A DNA stretch of 64,000 nucleotides from Octopus sinensis (taxonomy: Eukaryota), in contig NC_043003.1 of the NCBI RefSeq assembly GCF_006345805.1, positions 7,192,001 to 7,256,000 on the forward strand, in the 5' to 3' direction. Positions 13,075 through 26,019 of the stretch are shown here, piece after piece. A model generated the notes under the pieces. That model ran no database searches and was not told where the DNA came from. It saw only the letters and a program-made list of their open reading frames with translations. The translations under genes were made by a program, and so were the position numbers. The stretch's first letter is position 1. Every line of letters begins with the position of its first letter.

Positions 13075-13525
13075 CTGTCTATGTCAGTCTGTCTTCTGTC
13101 TGTCTGTCTGTGTGTCGGCCAGCCTCTCTGCCTGCTTGTCTGTTTGCGTGTCTGTCTGTCTGTCTGCCTGCCTTTCTGCTTGTCTGTTTGTCTGTCTCTG
13201 TCTGTCTATCGGTCTCCTGCCTTCCTGCCTGCCCGCCTGCCTTTCTGCCTGTCTGTCTGGTTACCTGCCTGCCTGTCTGTCTGTTTGTCTGTCTATCTAT
13301 CTGCTTGCCTTCCTACCTGTCAGCCTGATTGCCTGTCTGTCTGTCTGGTTACCTGCCTGTCTGTTTGTCTCTCTGTTTGTCTGTCTATCTGTCTGCTTGT
13401 CTGCCTGCCTTTCTGTCTGCCTGTCTGTCTGTTTGTTTACCTGCCTGTTTATCTGTCTGCCTGTCTTTCTGTCTGTCTGTCTTGCCTTCCTGCCTGTCAG
13501 CCTGCCTTCCTGTCTGCCTGTCTTT
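13075..13525. repeat. Degenerate (CTGT/CTGC)n microsatellite
   Basis: Tetranucleotide repeats; source of spurious LSVC ORFs. Confidence 0.9.
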
Positions 13526-14157
13526 AGCTCTGTCCACAGTTTCTCTATGATATTTCAGCCAGGAATCTAAGCTGGCCAATCTTTCAATACAGTAAAACCT
13601 TATCAGCCAGACTCTGTTGTGTTTCCCGTGATCTGTGACATGGGGCTCCGTCATCCTGAAAAATCTCACCTTCATCCAAGTCTGGTAACAAATTGCCCTT
13701 CAGTAATTGGATGCATTTGGCACTATTCAAGTTTTCGTCAATTTCAACCAACTTTCTTGAACCATCACTTTTTATGCATCCCCAAAGCATCAGACTCTTA
13801 CACCCAAACTTCCCTATTTGCGTCGTGTAATGTGGGTTGTTTCGCTTTCAAATAAGCGAGAATTTGTCAGAAAGCCTCCAGGAAAGCGAAACGACCCACG
13901 TTAGAGCCAAATACATCCAGTTGCTGAAGGACAATTTGATACCAGACTTGGATGAAGGTGAGATTTTTCAGCATGACGGAGCCCCATGCCACAGATCACA
14001 GGCAACACAACAGAATCTGGCTGATGAGGGTTTTACTTTATTGAAAAATTGGCCGGCTTAGAGTCCTGGCTGAAATATCATCGAGAAAACGTGGACAGAG
14101 CTAAAGACAGGCAGGCAAGAAGGCAGGCTGACATGCAGGAAGGCAAGACAGACAGAC
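13475..14157. mobile_element. Inverted pair of Tc1 transposase DDE-domain fragments
   Basis: LWGCI...FQDDGAPCH (minus) and FQHDGAPCH...WPA*SP (plus). Confidence 0.8.
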
Positions 14158-14451
14158 GTTCGTTTACCGCGCCTAACAAGGAGGAAGTTATGCACGGAGA
14201 GATAAACAAAAACCGAGCACCAATAGTAAACAGTCAAATGTATTACAATACAGGTGAGTACAAAAAGAAAATAAATAATAAAGATTAGTAAAAAAAAAAG
14301 AAAAAAAAGAGAAAATAACCGTATGAAAGTGGTGGTGATGGTGGTGGCTGCGTCGGTAACAGGTTTTGAATTTGGGTGAAATTGTATAAGCTGTGATCAA
14401 TCCTGTGTAAGCTCATAGACCGTGGGAAGGCTAAGGGAACTGAACTGGGCG

Positions 14452-14521
<70 letters not shown>

Positions 14522-14636
14522 AGAAAGGGAGAGTGGGAGGGTGGAAAGAAAGCGATATATATATATGCATACGTATCTATCTATCTTTTTATCTATCTAT
14601 CAATCAATCTGTCTATCTATCTATCCATCTATCTAT

Positions 14637-15020
14637 GTGGAGGCGCAATGGCCCAGTGGTTAGGGCAGCGGACTCGCGGTCATAGGATCGCGGTTTCGAT
14701 TCCCAGACCGGGCGATGTGAGTGTTTATTGAGCGAAAACACCTAAAAGCTCCACGATGCTCCGGCAGGGGATGGTGGTGATCCCTGCTGTACTCTTTCAC
14801 CACAACTTTCTCTCACTCTTACTTCCTGTTTCTGTTGTATCTGTATTTCAAAGGGCCAGCCTTGTCACTCTCTGTGTCACGCTGAATATCCCCGAGAACT
14901 GCGTTAAGGGTACACGTGTCTGTGGAGTGCTCAGCCACTTACACGTTAATTTCACGAGCAGGCTGTTCCGTTGATTCGGATCAACCGGAACCCTCGTCGT
15001 CGTAACCGACGGAGTGCTTC
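14637..15020 (+). mobile_element. SINE family 1
   Basis: Near-identical to 340-715. Confidence 0.85.
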
Positions 15021-15070
15021 CTCCTCCATCTATCTATCTATCTTTCTATCTATCTATCTATCTATCTACA

Positions 15071-15159
<89 letters not shown>

Positions 15160-15424
15160 GTCTGTCTGTCTATCTATCTATCTATGCACATAAGCACACA
15201 CGTACAGGGTGACCGTAAAGTCTGGACACATAGGCGAAAATACATATTTCTCAATAAGTTTAATCAGATCCATTCATAAACAACATTTTGAACACGGTTT
15301 CCATCATTTAATGATGCGGAGAGATTCACGTTCGCTGGATGCAATAACAACACATCTCCGTCAATTTGACCACATCCATTCGTCATGCATTCATTCACGT
15401 CATTCAGACCTTTATGGTCATTTG

Positions 15425-15664
15425 CATACATACATGCATACATACATACATACATACATACATACATACATACATACATACATTCATACATACATACATA
15501 CATACATACATACATACATACATACATACATACATACATACATACATGCATGCATACATACATACATGCATACGTACATACATACACACACATACATACA
15601 TACACATACATACATACATACATACATACATACATACATACACATACATACATACATACATACA

Positions 15665-15697
<33 letters not shown>
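15425..15697. repeat. (TACA)n microsatellite
   Basis: Direct reading of the sequence. Confidence 0.95.
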
Positions 15698-15698
<1 letters not shown>

Positions 15699-15890
15699 GA
15701 AGAAAAAATAGGATTAAAAAATCCTGGCAGATATGAAGTAAGCACTCAGTATAAAAGAATAAGGTTAAATTTCTAGCAAGTAGATACCCAGTAAATCTCG
15801 GTTAAATCCTCAAGTGTGACAGGTAAATCCAACAATCCGTATACAGAATTTTCAGAAATTCAGAGTATTTTTAACAACAACAAATAATGT

Positions 15891-16113
15891 AGTAAAGATT
15901 GTTTGCCAACATAATATGGCAGTCCTGGTTTAGGACGAATGTTGCTGTAATTTAGCCCCAGGAGTCATCGTCTCCAGCTGGCTATACGACACGATTTGTG
16001 TCCTTATATTTTCGAACAAGGGAATCTAGCACCCCCACTCAGCACAAAACAATATCTGTGTATCGCGATTTCCGGGTTATTTCCCTTCATCAACACAGAA
16101 TGATTGTTCGGCC
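15891..16113 (-). repeat. Interspersed hammerhead-bearing repeat, family C (second copy 59184-59405)
   Basis: About 220 bp shared between the two loci. Confidence 0.8.
16055..16099 (-). ncRNA. Minimal hammerhead motif, family C (core C3 mutated to U)
   Basis: UCUGUG-UUGAUGA-A GGG aaauaa CCC G-GAAA-UCGCG-AUA/CACAGA; perfect 6-bp helix I, palindrome AUCGCGAU. Confidence 0.65.
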
Positions 16114-16781
16114 AAAGTACTGTTGCTGAATATCTCTCGTTGTGAGATTTAAAAATAGTAATTTTCTAACAAATAATGTATTTGAAGACAATCATGTCAT
16201 TATTTTAGATCATCCCTTAAACGTCCAACAATTGTTTCAATTGTATTAACATATCAAGGCGGCGAGCTGGCAGAAACGTTAGCACGCTGGGCGAAATGCT
16301 CACCTGTATTTCGTCTGTCTTTACGTTCTGAGTTCAAATTCCGCCGAGGTCAACTTTGCCTTTCATCCTTTCGAGGTCGATAAATTAAGTACCAGTTGCG
16401 TACTGGGGTCGATCTAATCGGCTGGCCCTTTCCCCCAAAATATCGGGCCTTGTACCTAGAGTAGAAACGAATTGTATTAACATATGCATACATACGTACA
16501 CATACATACACATACATGCGTGCATACACATACAACTATATATATATACACACACACATGGGATTGGGGTGTAGGAAGAAAGTTAGCTTCAAGCAATCCG
16601 TAATAAATATTAAAAAAAAGACAACTTTCAGTGGTTTATTGAGACGGAAGATTGTGGATTTTTTCGTATCAAAGAACGATAAGCCGAAAAAAAAAGTTCC
16701 CTTTATCTTCCACGGTAGGCGACCAGGGTTGCCGGGTATGCGAATAAGAATACAAGAGTTACGGAATGGAATCGGTAAGAT

Positions 16782-16871
16782 CCGGGCTGCATATGTTTCA
16801 TAGAGGGTGGAACCTTAGAAATGGTAAAAATCCAAGTAAGGTGTATACTGACGGTTACTCTTCAGGCCAAG
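16782..16871 (-). ncRNA. Degenerate hammerhead motif, family E
   Basis: GGC-CUGAAGA-GUA...UAU-GAAA-CAUAU-GCA/GCC; the cleavage-site U is changed to C, so it is probably inactive. Confidence 0.5.
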
Positions 16872-17338
16872 GATGTCTTGATTAGATTAAAGGTTACATT
16901 GTCGCAAGGAGGTACATGAAGACAGAAAGAAGATCCGCTCAGAATGTGTTGAGAGCACCGTAGGAATGGGGGAGAATATAAATGTCGAGAGAAATAAGGA
17001 TTAAAGAAGGAAAAAGAAAAAAAAGGAAAAACAGAAGAAAATATAAGGGAGTGAAAAGAAGGAGGGATTTTAAGCAATGTCGATTGACTGACTGGTACTA
17101 AACAATGGGGCTGTTTTGGCTGAATCACAGAATGTAGCAAGGGGAATGGTATTTGAAGAAAAGATAATTTGGAGGGAAGAGGGTGGGGAAATATTTTTGG
17201 TCAAGGGGGAGGAAGAAAGAGTGTATGAATAAAGTAAGATAGAGTGAGGAATTTAAGCACGGTTAGTTGACTGGTGGCATTCAAAGGGCTTTATTGGCCG
17301 AATCACAAAAATTAGCAGGGGAGTGGTATTATATAATA

Positions 17339-18872
17339 ACTAGCATTATGACCCGTCGTTGCCGGGTCATATTGCTAGTGCATGTATATATATGTATATA
17401 TATGTGTACATATTACATGTACATCTATATATATACATCTACACATAAAATACAAAATACAAAGTTATATCTTGATATCACTAATGATAACAATACTCAA
17501 AATATATAACAGACTGGAATTGTAGGCTCGTCTCTTGCAATTTCGATCAATTGTATCTTGTCCTCCCTCTTGTATAGAAGTGTGGCTACAATCCAGACTA
17601 CCTCTACTTCTGGGGGGACATTTTAAATTTTTATCCGGGACGTCCTACGTCCCAGATATAAAGGTAAAAATAAAATATTTCCACTTTGCAAGGTTCGAGT
17701 CGAGTACTCCCTTGCATGCTCCGTTGACTTGAACCTTGCTTCTATTGTGGCGAATTTACCGCCTCTGATTAGATTTCTTTCATAGTCGCACCAAGACACT
17801 TTTCGAAGATGCTTTCCTCCAGGTGCTCAAATCTTTTTTTTCTCTATATTGTATACTTTATAGACAACAGTCTTTTCTTTAATTTAATTTTTTATTTCGT
17901 TTGTTGATGTTATCCTAGATTCACCGTCTTTGTCGGTGATCAATCCGCATTTCTTCCATTTTAATTTCAATGAGTTCGCGCCCACCGACGGCTGCAGCGA
18001 AATTCATTTTTGGACTTTCTTCTATCGAAGGCATTCTAACAAAAATGCTTCGGTGTAAATGGTGAAAATATTGTCAATTTCCCCAAACAGGGACATAATT
18101 CAATTTTTAAACAATAACCAAAGCTCCTTCTCTCAAAGGGGGAGGGTTACAGTTTAAAATTATTTAACAAATGCAACACAACAATGTTTCCTTTACGAGG
18201 AACCAACAAACATGATAACAATAGTTAAACAGTAATAATAATACCAACAAACCATACGATGAATCAGAAAGCAGTAAGCAGTTGAAGCTTTAGTCCTTTA
18301 TGTATAAGAAATAAACCAACAGCAGTACTCTGTAGAACCGACTGTTCGAGAAAACAGATATTACATACAGCCAAACTTCATATAGATACTTAATGCTAGC
18401 TAATTAGCAGATAATCTAATGTAAAAGCATGCTAATTTTATTTTTAATTTATTCCCATTCATGTGAAACCACTTATTCAAGTTCAAGTCATTGATGCAAT
18501 TTTATACCAATTGCTATTTTTACTTTTGTTATGTTACGATTATATTATACTTTAGTTTGATTTTAATTATTACTTACTACATATAATTCAATTGTTATTA
18601 TTATTTTTATTGTTAAAGTGAAAGTATCTGACATAAAATAGAGAAATGTTTTTGTTTCACTTTTAACACGTAATACTGAAATAGTGGAGAAGATATGATA
18701 TTGCTATGGGCTCGCTCTAGGCAAGAAGTTGAACATTTTTTTGCCCATGAAACTACATGGACCCTAAGTAAGGCATGTGTAAAACTTGAATGAAATTGGT
18801 TGCGTAGTTCTCAAGTTTTAGGGAAATACACAGACAGACAGACACACATTCTCAGTTTTATATATATAGAGA
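17339..18872 (+). mobile_element. Helitron/DINE-1-like non-autonomous element
   Basis: ACTAGCA..GACCC/GGGTC..TGCTAGT terminal hairpin, (GACA)n near the other end; second copy at 30865-31617. Confidence 0.6.
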
Positions 18873-18980
18873 TAATAATAATAATAATGATAATAATAAT
18901 AATAATATAATAATAATAATAATAATAATATAATATGATATAATATAATATAATATAATATAATATAATATAATATATAT

Positions 18981-19140
18981 AGGAGTGACTATGCGGTAAG
19001 TAGCTTGCTTACCAACCACATGGTTCCGGGTTCAGTCCCACTGCGTGGCACCTTGGGCAAGTGTCTTCTACTATAGTCTCGGGTCGACCAAAGCCTTGTG
19101 AGTGGATTTTGTAGATGGAATCTGAAAGAAGCCCGTCGTT

Positions 19141-19173
<33 letters not shown>

Positions 19174-19380
19174 GTGCGTATATGTTTGTATGTTTGTGTT
19201 TGTCCCCGATGACAACCGATGTTGGTGTGTTTACGTACCCGTATCTTAGCGGTTCGACAAAAGAGACCGATAGAATAAGTACTAGCCTTACAAAGAATAA
19301 GTCCTGGGGTCGACTTGCTCGACTAAAGGCAGTACTCCAGCATGGCCACAGTCACATGACTGAAACAAGTAATAGAGTAT
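18981..19380 (+). mobile_element. SINE family 2
   Basis: Matches 12301-12748. Confidence 0.85.
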
Positions 19381-19382
19381 AT

Positions 19383-19431
<49 letters not shown>

Positions 19432-19435
<4 letters not shown>

Positions 19436-19667
19436 GTGTTAAAAGAGTCTCTCCGCAGTAAGTATCTTATGGTTTTTGGGCGATTCTTGTACACTTATCC
19501 TTTACTTGGTCCCTCGAAAAAAAAAAAAGCCTGGCGGCTTAAAATCAGGTAATCTTGGTGGCCAAAGTCCCTTCGAAATAATCCGTTCTCTGAAAAACTC
19601 TTGAAATAGCGCCATGGTGACGCGCAGGATGAAAAAAAACTCACTGCGAAGAAACTTTTTGAACACC

Positions 19668-19670
<3 letters not shown>
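19432..19670. mobile_element. Tc1/mariner-derived MITE
   Basis: TIRs CAGGGTGTT...AACACCCTG; internal remnant GLWPPRLPDFKPPGFF (cf. WPPRSPDL). Confidence 0.65.
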
Positions 19671-19722
<52 letters not shown>

Positions 19723-19884
19723 GTGGTGCTATTAAGTTAGACATGGCCTGGACCAATCTTTGGTCGAAACATATCTAAGTTTATCTAAGTATATATATAT
19801 ATATAATAATAAATATTAGGGAATAAATCCAAATTTACAGGGAAAAATCAGATTTATGATTGAATCCAATTTTATAGTAAAATA

Positions 19885-20088
19885 TAATATAATATTAATT
19901 AGAGACAAAACCACTATTATGCAAATCAAACAAAGAAAGCTTAATCCAATACATAAAAAATTTTATATAAATTAAATATAATTAAGATTAATTATATTTA
20001 ATTTATATAAAATTTTTTATGTATTGGATTAAGTCTTTCTTTGTTTGATTTGCATAATAATGGTTTTGTCTCTAATTAATATTATATT
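19885..20088. repeat. AT-rich palindrome, arms about 95 bp
   Basis: Left and right halves are near-perfect reverse complements. Confidence 0.85.
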
Positions 20089-20090
20089 TA

Positions 20091-20378
20091 TCAACCACCT
20101 CACCAACAACAACACTGAACACCTTTTTGATCTCCATGTATCTAACACACGTGGACATGCCTACAAAGTCAGAAAACAACACAGCTCCCATGACTTTCGG
20201 AAACATTTTTTCACGCTCAGAGTTGCTGAAGCATGGAATAAACTGCCTGCGTCAGTTGTTGACTGCCATGACACTGCATCCTTTAAGGCCCTCATGCTTT
20301 CCGAAATCCGCCGAAACTACACCTTATTATATATACACTTTAGATGAGTTGTAGTGCACCTGAGCACTGTACACAATT

Positions 20379-20393
<15 letters not shown>
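20091..20393 (+). mobile_element. CR1-type LINE 3' end
   Basis: TRGHAYKVRK...FFTLRVAEAWNKLP followed by an (ATT)n tail. Confidence 0.8.
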
Positions 20394-20442
<49 letters not shown>

Positions 20443-20740
20443 CAGGTGGTGCTATTAAATTAGACATGGCCTGGACCAATCTTTGGTCGAAACATATCTA
20501 AGTTTATCTAAGTATATATATATATAAGGGGTTTTTTCTTTGTGTTAATTGTCCTGTACTCTATTTTTTTGTTGTTTTTAAAAAAAATGTCCAGTACCTT
20601 TGGTTTGTGACTATGTTTTCGTTTCTCATTGTGTTCGACGTCCTTTTGGTGTCCTGTACTCATATATGCGTGTATATGTACATGTAGAGGTAGGTACGTA
20701 CATATATGTTTATATATATGCATATGTTTTATTTTATTTA

Positions 20741-20824
<84 letters not shown>

Positions 20825-21124
20825 CATATATATATGTCACGAGACTGTCACATTGAGTTGACAGTATACGACCACTATATATATATATATATGAAAATAC
20901 AAAATGGGACAAGAACGCAAAACATCCAAATAGACGATACAAAAAACACGGACGGGTCATTCGAAGCCTTTAATCTTCAGTCAAGAACCGGATCATCCTC
21001 GCAATTTCCGCTGATTAATCTTGAGATTGCTCCAATCTGGCCAGCCCCAAGGAAAATCTAAGCCAAGAGCATTAGATTCCTTGGAAAAAGGATCGAACGT
21101 ATACATATATATGTATGTGTGTGT

Positions 21125-21162
<38 letters not shown>

Positions 21163-21699
21163 AGGGGAGAGAGTGGGGAAATGTTTTTGGTCAAGGGGGA
21201 GAAAGAAAATAATATTCATTAAGAAAGTGAGAAAGTGAGGTGAAGAATTGTGGTGGCTACCATAAATTTTTTCAGTAGAGGAATGTATATAAGTGTGTGG
21301 TCAGCTTATTTGCAATATGAATTAGTGGAGGTGGAGGTCGGTGTATGTACTTGTGAGTTTACGGAGGGAGGAGGTAGGATGTAGGAGGGGGAAGGCAGTT
21401 GAAATATAAAGAAAAAGAAAGCATTTTTTTTAAAATGGTAAAGAAAAATACGGAGAGAAGTGTGTAGCTGACAATCAGGGATATTAAAGGGGAGATATAT
21501 TGTTGGTTTATTATATAGTAGTAGTAGTGAGGGAGGGAAAATTTATGGAGGTAAGGGGTGGGGCGGAAAGAGCGGGGTGGGGTTGTAATTATTTGTATTT
21601 TGAGAATAGATTTAGTGACCGATATTTGCAGGTGAATATTATACTGCTGAGTTCATTAAGACAATATATATATGTATATACATACATAGATACACATAT

Positions 21700-21744
<45 letters not shown>

Positions 21745-21789
21745 AATACATAAAGACGTTGTCGTTGTTATTATTACTATCAACATCAT

Positions 21790-22530
21790 TATTATACTAC
21801 CGGCACGGAAGTGCCGTCATCCGGGCCTGCCCGATGTGCGCCCAGGACGACGAAACCGTTCTGCACGCACTCGTCCAGTGCCCAAGTATTGCTGAACAAT
21901 GGATTTATGTCGAACAGCTACTGTCGCGTATAGGACGAATCCGGCAATCAGCTGAATCCATAGTGAGGATTGCCCCGCCGACCTCCTTTAACAAGGAGGG
22001 AAAGGCCGTTTTCCTGTGTCTAGTGGCTGTAGCGAAAGAGGTGGTATGGTGGACCCGTTTGAAAGGGTTAAGGTCAGACACTTTCCTCTTTGGCCCAGGC
22101 CTCACAACTTTTTCAAGTTTCACTTGAAAAGGAAGGTGAGAGTAGAGAGGGAAGTGCTGTCTGATAGCAAGTTTACTGAAAGGTGGGTAAATGTCGCAAG
22201 AACGGCCAGTATAAATGGACCAATTCTGAGGATACACCTGTAGTATAAAAAAAAGTATTATAAAAGGAGAAAGGGGCTCTCTACCCACCTTTTGACCAGG
22301 CTCCCGTGGCTTTTATGGGTTTTCCCACAAGTAACCTTTCGAAGCGCCTCCCCGTATTGGGAATTTCAATTGTTATATTTTCGTTGTTATCTCTGGAATT
22401 TTTACACGTTTTTTTTTTGCAAACGGACAAAACCCTTTGTAACTTTCGTCCTGTGTTTTGTCCCTTTATGTTTTAATTAATTTTTGTCAGCCCTTGTGTC
22501 CAATAAACGAATTAATTATTATTATTATTA
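21790..22530 (+). mobile_element. L1/Tx1-clade LINE ORF2 C-terminus and 3' UTR
   Basis: Zinc-knuckle CPMCAQDDETVLHALVQC, frameshifted continuation to ILRIHL, then AATAAA and (ATT)n. Confidence 0.75.
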
Positions 22531-22533
22531 ATA

Positions 22534-23085
22534 GGGTGGCGAGCTGGCAGAAACGTTAGCACGCCGGGCGAAATGCTTAGCGGTATTTCGTCTGCCACTA
22601 CGTTCTGAGTTCAAATTCCGCCGAGGTCGATTTGCCTTTCATCCTTTCGGGGTTGATTAAATAAGTACCAGTTGCGCACTGGGGTCGATATAATCGACTT
22701 AATCCGTGTGTCTGTCCTTGTTTGTCCTCTCTGTGTCTAGCCCCTTGTGGGTAGTAAAGAAATAGGTATTTCGTCTGCCGTTACGTTCTGAGTTCAAATT
22801 CCGCCGAGGTCGATTTGCCTTTCATCCTTTCGGGGTTGATTAAATAAGTACCAGTTGCGCACTGGGGTCGATATAATCGACTTAATCCGTGTGTCTGTCC
22901 TTGTTTGTCCTCTCTGTGTCTAGCCCCTTGTGGGTAGTAAAGAAATAGGTATCTCGCCTGTCGCTACGTTCTGAGTTCAAATTCCGCCGAGGTCGGCTGT
23001 GTTTTTCATTCTTTCGTACTTGGGTCGATCTAATCGACTGTTCTCCCGGCCCCCCTCCCAAATTTCAGGCTTGTGCCTTTAGTAT
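22534..23085 (+). mobile_element. SINE family 3 head-to-tail multimer
   Basis: GGCGAGCTGGCAGAA head, central GTCGA..TTGCCTTTCATCCTTTCGGGG domain, 183-bp repeated unit. Confidence 0.8.
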
Positions 23086-23091
23086 AAAGGA

Positions 23092-23094
<3 letters not shown>

Positions 23095-23127
<33 letters not shown>

Positions 23128-23343
23128 TATTATTATTATTATTGCCTTTGCACAGCTTCTAACGCTGGAGATATACTACGGTGTCAGCTGTTCACTACCA
23201 GTGAACCATGGTAACACCTCATTTTTCGAGCACCTTCCGGAGTATTCGAGTGGTTCCAAGCAGTGCTGTTTTCTGCAAGTGCTCCACCTTTATTGCGGAC
23301 CCTATTTGTTCCATGTGTTTATCAAGATTTTTACTCACTGTTC

Positions 23344-23345
<2 letters not shown>
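23095..23345 (-). mobile_element. R4/Dong-like (RLE) LINE 3' end
   Basis: HLQKTALLGTTRILRKVLEK* followed by a (TAA)n tail. Confidence 0.7.
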
Positions 23346-23395
<50 letters not shown>

Positions 23396-23414
23396 TTTAA
23401 TAACATTGTCTATA

Positions 23415-23822
23415 TACTCTTTACTCTTTTACTTGTTTCAGTTATTTGACTGCGGCCATGCTGGAGCACCGCCTTTAGTTGAGCAAATCGACCCCGGGAC
23501 TTATTCTTTGTATGCCCAGTACTTATTCTATCGGTACCTTTTTGCCGAACCGCTAAGTGACGGGGACGTAAACACACCAGCATCGGTTGTCAAGCAATGC
23601 TAGGGGGACAAACACAGACACACAAACACACATACACACATATATATATACATATATACGACAGGCTTCTTTCAGTTTCCGTCTACAAAAAAACATTCAC
23701 AAGGCTTTGGTCGGTCCGGGGCTATAGCACAAGACACTTGCCCAAGATGCCACGCCGTGGGACTGAACCCGGAACCATGTGGTTTGTTAGCAAGCTACTT
23801 ACCACACAGCCACTCCTGCGCC
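23415..23822 (-). mobile_element. SINE family 2
   Basis: Matches 12301-12748. Confidence 0.85.
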
Positions 23823-25659
23823 TATGTATGTCTGCTCTTCATCTTCCTCACTCCATCCAGTAACGAGTTTCAGATCCGTGCTTATATTCATAGCTTTGCG
23901 CGCCGTGTCATGCTATATGCACTTTTCCACGACACTCCACCTGCATAAGCCAAACGTAAACAGATTTAATTTAATTTAATTAAATTTGATTGCGTGAAAG
24001 ATGTTGAAACCTTGCAGGGTACAAAGTTTGAAGGGGATAAATGTTTTTATTTCTCCTCTAGTTTCAGAATTACTACTATTTTTACGGTTTTGAGTTTAGC
24101 TGCTCTTTTCAAGTGAGTCGAACGACCTTCTCAGGGTCATTCCTTAATTATTTGCTATATATATATATATGTATATAATTAGTGTACATTAAAACACAAA
24201 AGGCGCGACCCTTAAAAGGCACCCTTACATGTTAGAAGGAGCAGTAAAAACGACCAAAACCACATTTAAGAGCAATTTCGAAGGGAATGAAAAATCAAAA
24301 CTTTTACCTTGTTTTTTTACAACCATACCTAGGTTTTCCGTACAAATTATAGGCGAGAATTAGATAAATTTGTATTTGCGGTTGTATAAATAATTCAAAT
24401 TAACAAACATTTGGTTAAAGATAAATATGAACAGAATAAACAGAAATTTAAAATTGGTTTTTGGTTTTTAGATAACTGTTTTGAAATTGGCTTAGTTTTT
24501 TTTTTTTACGTTTTCTTCAATATTAATCTTTTGGAAATTTTAGGCGACGAGCTGGGAGAATCGTTAGCACGCCGGACAAAATGCTTAGCGGCATTTCGTT
24601 CGTCTTTAGGTTCTTAATCGGAACATGCTGACCTTGTGCTAAAATTTGAAACTAAAATTTTGAAGATTTGAAAATAAACCAGAAGTCGACGCCTTTTATT
24701 AATATTTTTTTTATTATCTAAATAATATTAGTCGGGCGCGACATAGTGTTAGTATACAAATTTATTATTTTCCCCAGAGCCGAAACAAACCAACTATTAA
24801 AGAAAAAGAAGAAAAGAGAGAGAAAAAAAAGGAAGAAATCTAGTGATTGTGGCTTTTAAACAGAACTAGGTAGGCTATTTTGGGCCGTCAACCTTTATTG
24901 TGTGCGCCCACACTGACAAAATGCAAGGTGTAGTCAAGCAGATCATTTATGCGCATCGCGGTCGATTTATTCAATCAAGATCTTCCTGGTTCTACACGAA
25001 TTTATTGTTTGAAGCAATGGTTACAACATTGATAGCTGTTGTTTTTAAATTCTTAAATTTAAAAGCGTGGTTTTGTGGTTACGGTGTTCGGTTCACGAAT
25101 GTGTGTTCAATCCCCGGCGGCGCGTTGTGTCCCTGAGCCAGACACTTTATTTCACATTGCTTCAATCCACTCAGCTGGCAAAAATGAGTTGTACCTCTAT
25201 TTCAAAGGGCCAGCCTTGTCCCACGCAGAATTTCCTTGAGAGCTACATCAAGGATACGCGTGTCCATGGAGTGCTCAGCCACTTGCAGGTTAATTTCACA
25301 GGCTACTTGTTCCATAGAACGTATTAAGTGGAACATGCGTCGTCGTAACCGACGGAGCGCCAGCTAAAATAAAATTTTCACGCTTCAATAAACCGCACAA
25401 AAATGAAGTAATGTAATGTTGCTCAGCCATGAAAATCAAGTCTGTTGTACATATTTAGAATTAATACAACGTAAGGCAGAATCGTTAACACACCGGGTAA
25501 CATGCTTACCGGACTTTCGTCTGTTCAGAGTTCAAATTTCGCCGGAGGTCAGATTTTCCTTTTATCCTTTCAGTGTCGATAAAATAAGTACCATTTGAGT
25601 GCTGGGCTCGATGTAATCGATTTGTCTTCTCCCCAAAATTTCTGGCTTCGTGCCAGAAT

Positions 25660-26019
25660 TTGAAACGGTTTTTTTAAATTTTGGAATTTATTGCGCTTTT
25701 AAATTTTGGAGTCAATTTTTTTCGGGAATTCTATTTTTGAATCATTTTGGAATCTATTTTTTTTTCTAGTTTATTTTAGTTAATTTTTGTTTATTAATGG
25801 AATGTCAAGTTAAGAAAAATGAGCATTTTCGACACCTCCTTCTTTTTGCTTTTAATCAAGGTTCTAAGGCCGCAAAAGCTGCTCACAATATTTGTGCTGT
25901 GTATAGAGAGTGTGCCATAGCTGAAAGAACCGCTCGTGATTGGTATGCCAAGTTCAAAAATGGAAATTTTGACCTCAAAGACGCACCTCGTTCTAGCCGC
26001 CCAGTTGAGTTCGATGAGG
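25660..26019 (+). mobile_element. Mariner 5' fragment (same family as 51875-53170)
   Basis: MECQVKKNEHFRH...SRPVEFDE from 25797. Confidence 0.85.

Noticed and set aside
14018-14050. CTGATGA...GAAA
   Set aside because: Part of the Tc1 reading frame (LADEGF); no helices.
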